Shown here: piece by piece, positions 50,538 through 60,488 of the stretch
Layout of the letters: each line of letters begins with the position of its first letter
Position numbering within the stretch: the first letter of the stretch is position 1
Assembly: GCA_973895155.1 (NCBI GenBank)
Contig: OZ316895.1
Location: 23,386,558 to 23,450,557 of the forward strand
DNA: 64,000 nucleotides
Direction of reading: 5' to 3'
Source: Marsupella aquatica
Lineage: Eukaryota; Plantae; Marchantiophyta
Notes under the pieces: generated by a model
The model's database searches: none
What the model saw: only the letters and a program-made list of their open reading frames with translations
What the model was told of the DNA's origin: nothing
Program-made: the position numbers and the translations under genes

Positions 50538-50863
50538 GAGAGGTGTCATAGGCAGAGTTGGCATGGTTTTCCTTTCGCCATGAAAGATTTCTTTGCCAAC
50601 TCAAAAGCCGAGAATTCCTCCATCTCTACCACGAGTCCCTTCGAAAAAAACCAGCCTTGCCAACCTGGGAAAGTTAAACTCCATGTAAAGTCTGTAGATT
50701 TTGGAGATGGAGAGGTGTCATAGGCAGAGTTGGCATGGTTTTCCCTTTGCCTTGAAAGATTTCTTTGCCAACTCTAAAGCCGAGAATTCCTCCATCTCTA
50801 ACACCAGGTTCTTCGACCAAAGCCAGCCGTGCCAACCGGGAAAGTTGAACTCCATTGTAAAGT
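50538..50863. repeat. Tandem duplication, 172-bp period, of coding-like sequence
   Basis: gagaggtgtcataggcagagttggcatggttttcc..aactccat(t)gtaaagt at 50538 and 50710. Confidence 0.85.
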
Positions 50864-51294
50864 TCGCAGCACCTGCCAAACGTCCAGGTATCGTCAACTT
50901 GTTCAGGCATTCAATTGGCTGCAGCATAGGACGAAACCAACCTGTGACAACAATCGTTTGCGACATGGGTCTTAGTTTTTGGTGCCAAACAGTGAGAGCT
51001 CAGTAGGGACACGAATCGCTGAAGGGTGGACGAGACTCAACGGACATGCTTGAATGTCTTGGAGAGTGCAGACTCGTCTGCATGGATGATGAATCAGCAA
51101 ACGCTGTTTGCTTCCAGGTCGCACCAACGTTTGTCTCCTATGCTGTGAGTTTGTAAGCTTCTCCAAGCCATTACCCAAAAATAGGAAGAGAAAAGGGTGG
51201 AGTTGTGACATCACCAAAAGAGGGAACATGTTTAGGGAGAGTCAGGGCCTTCTTGCATGTGAAGGGGGTCCTTTCTTTCAGGGGCCCTTAGCAC

Positions 51295-51559
51295 CAGCAT
51301 GCTTTTTAGTGGCGGAAATTCTAAAGATTCCACCTCTTTAAAAAACTTTCGCCACTTTTGGCTAAAATTGGCTATGCTTATGTTTCCCACCTGGCCAGAG
51401 ACCCCATTAACCAGAATCTGATGGCCATCTTTAAATCTGAGGAGATCTGACTGTCAGAAAATAATTCTGGAAAAGCATATAAGGGAAATTCGTAGCATCT
51501 TTTGCTTTCACACATTTGCCATACTGGCTAACACAGAAAAACCTTAAAAAAACAGGCTG
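51295..51559 (+). mobile_element. hAT-like MITE, family B, best-preserved copy with 8-bp TSD
   Basis: TIRs cagcatgctttttag / reverse complement cagcctgtttttttaag; flanks cttagcac (51287-51294) and cttagcat (51560-51567). Confidence 0.8.
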
Positions 51560-52504
51560 CTTAGCATTCCTATATAGTTGGAAGTGCCCAAGCCTTTGCT
51601 TGTCGGTGGTGGTAACATCCATATTTCACAGGGCAGTATCTCACAAACAACTTAGTTGAGTGAAGTGTGTAAGTGGTTTCTCTTGTTTTGTACAAATTTC
51701 AAAGGTTGCAACGTGGAGGGAAGTTTCCGGTCCTTTCCGGCCCTTGCCCTTGGATCCGGCCCTTGCCCTTGGATCTCCTGAAATGTTGCCGCTAGGCCTG
51801 ACTCAGGAGGGTACTCAGGCGTGAAGTCTCATTCACTCATACATTGCAATCAGTTAACTTAAGGGCCAATTTTTGAGGACCTCACACATGCAAGATGGAA
51901 GTTAGTTTGGGGTTTGGAGATGTCAAGGTTACACAACGGGCCTGCAGTTACCCATGGAATGCAGTTAGGGCCATCTTGCACGTGAGGAGCCCTTTCTTTA
52001 CTACCTTAGCACTCCTCCAATTGTCTGGAAAAAGTGAATTTTGATTCTCCACAGATTTAAGCTCATTTGCTAAGTGTGAATGTTGCTTGTGAACCTTCTC
52101 TTGTTTTATTAACTTTTCAAGGTTTGGGACCTCAAGTAAACTTCACTTGGTTATCCACAACATATGCCATCCAGCTTGCATAAGGAGGAGGTTCAGGCAG
52201 AAAAATCTCAGTCAATGTTAGAATGGCACACATTCAGTTGAGGGCCGGAAACTCAAGGACTCTGCACATGCAAGATGACCCTTATGCATGGTGCACTTAT
52301 GCACAATAGACTCTAAAATTTAATTAGGCCTTGCTGTGCTCAGAGTTTACTTCTAGTACCCATTTTGGGGGGTCTCCTACACCATCCCCACACAAATTGA
52401 GTGCATTTTAGCCAGATTGAAGACTTCCCTTCAGGGGCAGCTGCAAAGATAGTACTTGGGGTTCTTAGAAAACACTGGCTAAATGAAGAGAGAAAACATT
52501 CTAA

Positions 52505-52729
52505 CAGGGGTCTCAAACCTCAAAGTTTGATGGACCTTAAGTTATTTTCAGGGTTCACGGGCAAAAAAGAGTTATGGCCATCAAGATTGGTTATATGCCA
52601 TTATCATAAGTCATTGTAGATGATACTAAAAAATCACATAAACCTGTGTAAAAACTATGATTATTTGTTTTCGTTTATGGCCAGAAGAATAGATTTATTT
52701 GTTCGTATCCCTAATTTTGAGACGCCCTA
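52505..52729. mobile_element. TA-flanked MITE, family A copy
   Basis: caggggtctcaaacctcaaagtttgatggaccttaagtta...ttttgagacgcccta. Confidence 0.75.
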
Positions 52730-53022
52730 ATGTGAAAACCAGAATTACGAATACTGTAGGGTACCTTGTGTTTTGTAGGTCCGGTCTTGCGGGAAAACAT
52801 TGGCTTAATGTACGGCCAAACATGGCAGATGTAAAAACGTGCGTACAAGTGTCAGGAAAAAAGGGCAGGCGAGGGCAGCCAGGCAAACCCTGACTTGTGG
52901 CTGCCTGGCATGGCACGGGCAGGGGCAGCCTCTGGCCATTGCTGACATTATGGCGGGCAGGGCAGACAGGTAGTTTGGCGGAGCCTAGAAGGGCACGGCC
53001 GCAGGGCAGTGCAGGGCGGGGT

Positions 53023-53590
53023 GAGTATCAGCCGACTTTGCTATTGATGAGGAGTGGGATTTATGGGAAATTCATCTTGACCAAATAATTATTGTTAGTA
53101 GAGAGGGAGAGCAGATTTGATGTTGGGTTAGACCTTGCAATGATGATTATCAGAGATTTTCGAAGCCCTTAGTTGGTGGAAATCCTTTCCTTATCGTATA
53201 GAATAACTGAGAGTGGGATTATGGGAAATACCTTTTGTCCACATTATTGCTAGGGAGGGAGAGGGCTGAGTATCAGCCGACTTTGCTATTGATGAGGGAG
53301 TGATATTTATGGGAAATACCTCTTGTCCAAATTATTCTTAGTAGAGAGGGAGAGCGAAATCTGATGTCGGGTTGGATCTTGAAATGATGATCATTAAAGA
53401 TTTTCCAAGCCCTTGGTGGGAAAATCCTTATAGTAAAAGAAAAAACTGAGAGTGGGATTATGGGAAATACATTTTGTCTATATTATTGCTAGGGAGGGAG
53501 AGGGAATCTGATGTTGGGTTAGATCTTGAAATGATGCTTATTAGAGAATATCAATCCTTAGTGGCAATCCTACCTGTATAGAATAATTTG
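53023..53590. repeat. Tandem repeat, 245-bp period with internal sub-repeats
   Basis: gagtatcagccgactttgctattgatgagg at 53023 and 53268; the sub-unit gagtgggattatgggaaatac recurs four times. Confidence 0.85.
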
Positions 53591-54299
53591 GGGAACAGAG
53601 GTTACTTGCTGGTAAACCTGTCATATGGATTGTGAGAACAAGCTGATCTCACTTTGAATCTTATTATTCAAACATTCTGGACTCAGGGCTGAACACTAGA
53701 ACCCCACCCAAATATGAAATTTACTGTGTAATTCTTGTTAGGAAAAAGGATAACCAGCTATACATTTTTGGGCACAATGATGAGAATAGACCATGGTGTT
53801 TTCATGGTTACCCACCCATATATACACAAGAGTTACGGGAGAGCATTGGCAACTGTGGGTGCCATAGGGCCCATGTTCTGGAAAGCACAGTAATTTGTCA
53901 GTAAGGGCAAAAATGCTTTCACACTGCATATGGGATCAAGATTGCAGGCATAGCAGCAAACAATCTTCTTGACGGCCAATATTGGGCGATTTGGGAGCTG
54001 TACATGGCTTATTTTTCTGCCTCTCGAACAGACTGGAGATAGCTCTTGTGCGAGATGGCAAGATCTGGATGCAGGGCATGTTTCTCTTTTCTCGCCCTTC
54101 TGTGCTCGATCTACCATTGTCTTGCCTCAAGATGACAATGTAGGTGATGGGTGCATTTGTTCTTTTTGTTTGGCAGTCCCAACTGATTATGGGCATGATT
54201 ACCATGCAGAGCTTGTGCCAACGCCCTGAGAATCAGTCCAGATGCTCTATCGTAGTGTTTATGAAACCCATTAACTGAAATGAAAAAAGTCATCCAACC

Positions 54300-54650
54300 C
54301 ATCAATCTGGAGTGAATAAAACAAACAATGCGCTCAGAATGAGGAACAACGGGCCTAAGTCACTACTCCAACTTAATGAAGAGAATCCATGGGCCCTGTG
54401 AAGCAATAGAAGGTCCAGATTTCTCCTCAAGTGAATAAAAGGAATAATGGGGCCCAAGTGACTAATCTCATGGCACAGTATATAAAATGAAGCAATGGGC
54501 CATGTGAAGCACTATAAGGTCCAGATTTAATCTGGAGTAAATAAAAACAAGAATGGGCCCAAGTCACTAATCTAACTAATTGAAAAAAAGCAATGGGCCT
54601 TGAAAAGCATTACAAGGTTCATATTTAAGTCCCCAGAGTGAATAAAAAAG
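54300..54650. repeat. Degenerate tandem repeat, ~110-bp period, ~3 copies
   Basis: gagtgaataaaa..gggcccaagtcacta..atgggcc..gtgaagca..aaggtccagattt recurs. Confidence 0.75.
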
Positions 54651-54660
54651 GAAGCTATAA

Positions 54661-54902
54661 TAGGGGGACTAAAACCTCAATTGAAATTTGATGGACTTTA
54701 ACTTAGTACTTAAGATTATGATAGACAAAGTTAAGGACTATCAAATTTTATACTACATAAATTTTACCTTTTAGATCAAGTCACTGGAGAGGCTAGTGAA
54801 AAATATAAGAATAAAACTTTTCCATAAGCTTGTGATAAGTCTATGGCTATTATTTACGGCCAAAAGTCATCACCTGCAACTTCTAAGCTCTGAGACTCAC
54901 TA
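54661..54902. mobile_element. TA-flanked MITE, family A copy
   Basis: tagggggactaaaacctcaa..aaatttgatggactttaacttag...gctctgagactcacta. Confidence 0.7.
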
Positions 54903-54963
54903 ATGGACCCTACTTCTTGTAAAGTCACCATTGGGACCCTTAAGAAGATTGGACTAAACCAAT

Positions 54964-55410
54964 TGGCTTAAATCAGTTGGCTAGGGGATTAGCCTAGAAC
55001 TGAGGTCCCTGGTCCAATCCTGGTATATATGGGTGGGTGGGATGAGTTTTGTCTATAGTGGATGGGAGTTCTGATTATGTCCTTGGCCCTTGATTGCCTA
55101 ATTTGTGGAGTTTTGTGGGTAGTACATGGGAGTGCTGATTATGTCCTTTGGCCCCCTGGTTGCCTACTTTGTGGCAGGGATTTAAAACTCTCTTTCTCCT
55201 GGTGGGGGTATCTCTGGGAACAGTGGGGGCTCACCCTATGGGTTCTCTACAAAAATGGGATTATGTCCTTGGCACCTGGTTGTCTAATTTGTGGATAATG
55301 GATGGGAGTTCTGATAATGTCCTTTGGCCCCCTGGTTGCCTACTTTGTGGCAGGGATTTAAAACTCTGGGATCAGTGGGGGCTCATCCTATGGGTTCTAT
55401 ACCAAAAATG
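54964..55410 (+). mobile_element. tRNA-derived SINE-like head followed by an internal tandem array
   Basis: Head tggcttaaatcagttggctaggggattagcctagaactgaggtccctggtccaatcc matches the 10455 element; four units of gattatgtccttggccc..gttgccta(a/c)tttgtgg at 55062, 55126, 55255 and 55302. Confidence 0.55.
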
Positions 55411-57365
55411 AATGTATCTATTGGGGTATTGGGGTGGGTATGAGAGTCTAGTAAGTGTACTTCCTCATTTCTTTTCAAGACCCTTTCAAGACAAAAAAGA
55501 AGAAGATTGGAGGAATGATGAGGAAGTGTGTCGTCGTCTGTCTGCACAGCGAGCTTCGAGCTTCGAGCTTCGTGGCAACGCAATTGGGCTTTCTTCCTGG
55601 CTCACTAGCTTACCTCCTCATCACTACCTGTAGCTGCTCGCTTTGCCGAATCTGTCAGTGGCGCTCATAATCATACGCGTTTCTCCTCCCCCACCCACAA
55701 TCTCTATTCTCCCGGCGACGACGACGACGACGACTCCCTCTCTCCTCCCTCTGTCACTCACTCACTCACTCCCTCTGTTTGAAGAGCAGTCAGCAGATTC
55801 ATAGTCTGATATTCATCTGCTGAATGGGATCGGTGTTCTGAAGCTTTGACATGGCCTGCCACACTTCTCTGCTTTGCTTGCTGTGCTGTGCTGTGCTGTT
55901 GCCGCCGATGATGCAGATGATGATGGATGATGATGATGATGCTGGCATTTCAGCACCACATTCCTCCGTTTGTTTTGGGCGGTGATCCAAGCCCGTGCGT
56001 TTTTTCGTAGCAGGCAGAAGCATGGCAGAAGCGCAGAAGCGCAGAACGAAAAGGAGAAGTGGGGGATTATTACTCGCTAGACTAGATTCGGGCGTGATTC
56101 TCGGAAGCTCGAGCACTTGAGAGACGAACGAATTTTGTGGCCTGGCTTTCGTCGGCAATCTACAGTGATGTTAGGGTAACAAGGTAATCACTAATCATCG
56201 TATGGAGGGAGACTGTACAGTCATGGTGACAAAGGGAAGCGCAGAAGAGCAGCCTGATGCTTCTCACGAAAGAGCGAGAGACGGAACGAATTAAAATGTA
56301 CCAGTCTCGTAATGACTCACATGCGGTAATGTTGAAAAGAGACTGTCAGGGATTGCATCATGGTAGGCTTTTTGCGAGGAGGATCGTCAGGAGGCATTCA
56401 TTGCTGCCTTCAATGCAGCTCCTCCTGTAGATTGTACGGGGGGCGCCTTGCTCACTCGTCGACGATGTAGAGTGAATGCGATTCGACGTTCAGCTCGCTG
56501 GGCGGGTTGAGCTAGCCTGTCTGCCTGTCTGGCCAAGTGGCCCATCTGCGGTCGAGAGAAGAACGAAACCGAAGAAGAGCAATCAAATAGCAATCAAATG
56601 GCAGTACCGACAAGCAAAAGCTTGGCTGTAACCCGCAAAACTTATTATGAATGAGCCAGGGACGTGATACAGTGAGATGAGTGTGTCATGAGACTGCGTG
56701 ACCGAGACGAAGGTACTTCCACTGTTGGCATTCATCAATATAATCAATCAGATTAGAAAATACGAAAGTCTGCCTGCGTTGATATCGGCACGACTGTTTT
56801 TAGCAGTGTATCACTGTTACACTGTTTGTAATGATACTCCGTTAGCAGAGTATATTTAGGGTTCCAGTCCAGGTCTGAGCACCACCACTCAAAGGTTGAG
56901 AAGCCTAGAACGCAGCTGACCTTCCTTTTCGCCTGGTGAATGGTCCCACCTCAACCAGTTTCCGAGCCTTCCACTCTGCTGCCACCCTTGCCTCTGTCCT
57001 CGCAGTGAACCTCGTCTTTCTCTGTTCTGATGATGGATGGATGGACGAAGAAAGGATACTCGGCGATAAAACAATGAAAAGTATCTTTGCACTTTGCAGA
57101 ATATCGGTAAACAACTGATCATTGCGACACTGCTTTCGTACATGCAGATGTTCTTCCTTTCTGCACCTCATATAGGTTTCATCGGTCGACACTTGTATCA
57201 AAATTGATTCCATTTCCTTCCAAAGCGCACTGTTATCGAAATTCACACCATTTCCGTCTAAGCACACTTCCTATGAATCAGTCGGTGTCAGGTAAATCTT
57301 TCGCCAGTGTACATGATTAAGCGAGTTCACTGATAATATAGTTCACTAATTCAAACTAATCACTC

Positions 57366-57427
57366 TCACTCGGTAAAGCTTGTTGGGAACCGCTTCACTC
57401 GGTAAAGCTTGTTGGGAACCGCTTCAC
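57366..57427. repeat. Perfect 29-bp tandem duplication
   Basis: tcactcggtaaagcttgttgggaaccgct twice. Confidence 0.9.
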
Positions 57428-60400
57428 GACCTAGTGGTAATGGCAGTTCTGGGTGGTGAACAACATTACCAGGCCAATTCTAGTGCCTTTCTGTTGGGGT
57501 CAAACCTCAGATTCTTTTGTCTGGCACTTCATTGAATTTACCAGATTTCGGATCGACGGATAGGTGAAGTGCTGCTGCAACTGTGATCTCTTCCATGGTT
57601 GTCAAGTGGGTCAACCTAGGTAATAAACGATCGGTATGAGTCTGTCATACATGCCTAGCCTTTTAAGGTTACGTCCAGGTTGAGTTCTGGGCGGAGCTTA
57701 CTTTCTTTTGGGGTAGAAACTTAAATCACATGTTATGCTTTGATCGGCGGGGGTTCATCTCGTAGCTACCCAGCATCAAGTGGTCACTCGTGAAGTTTCG
57801 ATAATATCATGTCCAAGATAATTTGCCTGCTTTTCCTCCATCCCTAGTCACTCAGTATAACCTTCGATCACACGGAGTAATTTGCTCATGTAGGCTCTGA
57901 ACACTGTCCCGGGAAATGCACCTCATCAGAGCCCTAAATGCTTGTACCAAATTCAAAAATGGTAATCAAAGCGTCTTGCATGTTACCTAGTGGCGTAGCA
58001 TGGAGAGAACAGTAACTTGTAGGTTTTCCAAGTGGAAGTTGATCTGAAATTGAAAGTCCACTGCAGGACCGGGAGAATTATCGTGGGATTCTCTTTCGGC
58101 TTACTTTGGTAGTCATGGTTGTCCTTCATCCATCCGTTACGTTCTTCGGTGATCTGCTCAAATCAAAGTACTTAGCAGTGAACAGCACTTCTCGATCTCC
58201 GACACCAGTGGAATGTCTGGGAGAGGGTTGGATCTACTCCACTTTCTTGTTGAAGCATGGTGAATGTGAACGAGAAGTCGCTTCTGCCCAATTTGTCCCG
58301 TTCACTCGCCAATGGGAGCAAAGCCATATGCACTACAGCCGTTTCCTGAGTGAAACATGGAATCGAACTGTGGTCTGCCCTCGCTGTGTTCGATCTCTCT
58401 TATCTCGATGTGGATTGTAGTGTGATTTTCAGGTTGAAAAAAAATCACGAAATCCGACGTGATGCTTCTTTTTAGAACTGTGTACCTGCAAAGCCCATTC
58501 CGTGTATGCACATTGAACACGAGGCGCTATAACTTCTCTTTTAAGAGTGTTCCACGAGACAGCACAGTCAACACGACTGTAGAAGCTGTAATAATTGCGG
58601 TCAGAGGCTCTGAGCTGCACCGACGAGACCATCACTGCCACGGATTCAATCCGCGTCTCTGTTATATAAAAAACATGGCATCTTTTTGCGACATCTTAAA
58701 CTCATATTAGCCACCGTCCACTTATACGGGTTCCATTGTTGAGGTGAATGTTAAAGTCTGATTTGTGCTTTGACAACTTCCAGTGATCGCTTTTCACTGA
58801 TATCTAGTTCTCAACTCAAGCAGGCTTTCAGAAAGCATCACACACGTTTAGTTTCATTGGTGTGATCTCAGTGTGAAAGCATAGAAACTGACCCAACGCA
58901 AACAAACATTGTGCTGTCCAAATGTCTGTTGGGCCACAGATTGGCTGCCTCGACAAGCGCCTGACATTTTAGGACCAACAAAAAGTGCCTTTCAAAAAAT
59001 AGAACCTTTGAGGAAAGGACCTTCGAATCCCCATGCTGCTGTCCCATCATTCTACAGTACTGACTGACAATCATTCAAGCGTAGGGCTTGTGCGTGTGGT
59101 CAACTCAAGGCTCTGAACTGATAGTAGCCAAAATGCGGATGCACCAGGAGTCCAGATTAAAGGGCTGTTTTGAGTATATTCTGTCTTGTCCAAATATTTT
59201 AGTTGTTTTATAGCTTCGTGCATGATTCTCATTACTGTAGCAAAACCCTATACTTTGGTTACTACACTAGATGTGTACCATTAGATCATACCTCCATTGA
59301 AGGATATGTCTCTTCTTCCTAAGGTTTTGAGTTTCGTCGTTTTGCATGTACTCCATTTGTACTTTGTTTGGCCCTTTTCCCCTCATCGAAAGAACCTTCA
59401 CTCGATCACCTTTTGGGATTGAAGGATCTATAAGAGCTGTCGTAGCTGTATTCGGTGGTCGGTTGGGTGTCAGTAAATCTTGACGGGGAGTTTCATTGTC
59501 CCGAATCTCAACCCGTGTGGAGCAAAAATAAAGTCGAGACAAGCGATCGAGATTAAGAGGTGCCAACTGAGGGTAAGTTTTGTCACTTACGGGGGAAAGT
59601 CCATCCACACATGATTTGATAAGTCTGGCCTTCAAAAGAAAACTTGCCTCAAAGAAGACACCCCCGCCATCAATGGGTAAATATAGAAGTGAAATTGAGA
59701 ATAGCTCTCTCAATGAGTGAAGGATCGACAATTGGGCCGCTAAATTAGCAATTTTCCGAAAGCGCTCCTCGAATACCTTTTTTCATCCAAATCATGCAAC
59801 CGTACGTAACCAAAAAAGGTAGTAACGTGAGATTCCGTTCCAATAATTTTCCTCCATGCTTATCTTCTCTTATTTCGATGTAGAAACGGATCCCAAGGGC
59901 CAGCAGCGCTGGCCCTTTTGCTACTTTTCAATACCTAGGATTATTGCACCAACCGAGAAGCATTCAACCCAATGAATAAATCGTTCCACCGTTTCCATTT
60001 CATTGAACCATGCGCCTTCTTCATCAACAATCCAACAGTCGGTTCACTCAGCTGTAACCGAGGAGATCATCGTTTGTAGAGAAAAGTATGACAAGCAAGA
60101 TCGACAATGACATCGAACCCTACTACAAAGCAACAATCTCCTGGATAACTGTACCCAAATGATTCAGCCGTACTTTACCCAAAGGGTGTATTCTGGAGCT
60201 CAAATCTCTTATTTTTTCAAGTACCTCAGTGCCTTGCCCTTTTCTCTTATTTCAGAGTAAACCCATAACTTAGGCCAACAACATGGCCCCTCTGATCAAT
60301 AGTCAAGCCAGCAATAATTGCCAGGGCTGAGTCGAACTCAACGAAACAGTTGACTCTGAAAAGCCTGTGCATCCTGCAAATGCTTTTTCATGTTGTGAGC

Positions 60401-60488
60401 TTTGTTCACAAAGGACGCGATTTGCAATATCTAGGGCTATATTCGTACGTTACTTCGGGAGCAGAATTGATAAGACCCTGATCTCGAG

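Noticed and set aside
54964-55025. Possible tRNA gene
   Set aside because: Boxes are degenerate and no cloverleaf folds; treated as a SINE head.
58600-58660. Box B-like ggattcaatcc in a small stem
   Set aside because: No box A or acceptor stem support.
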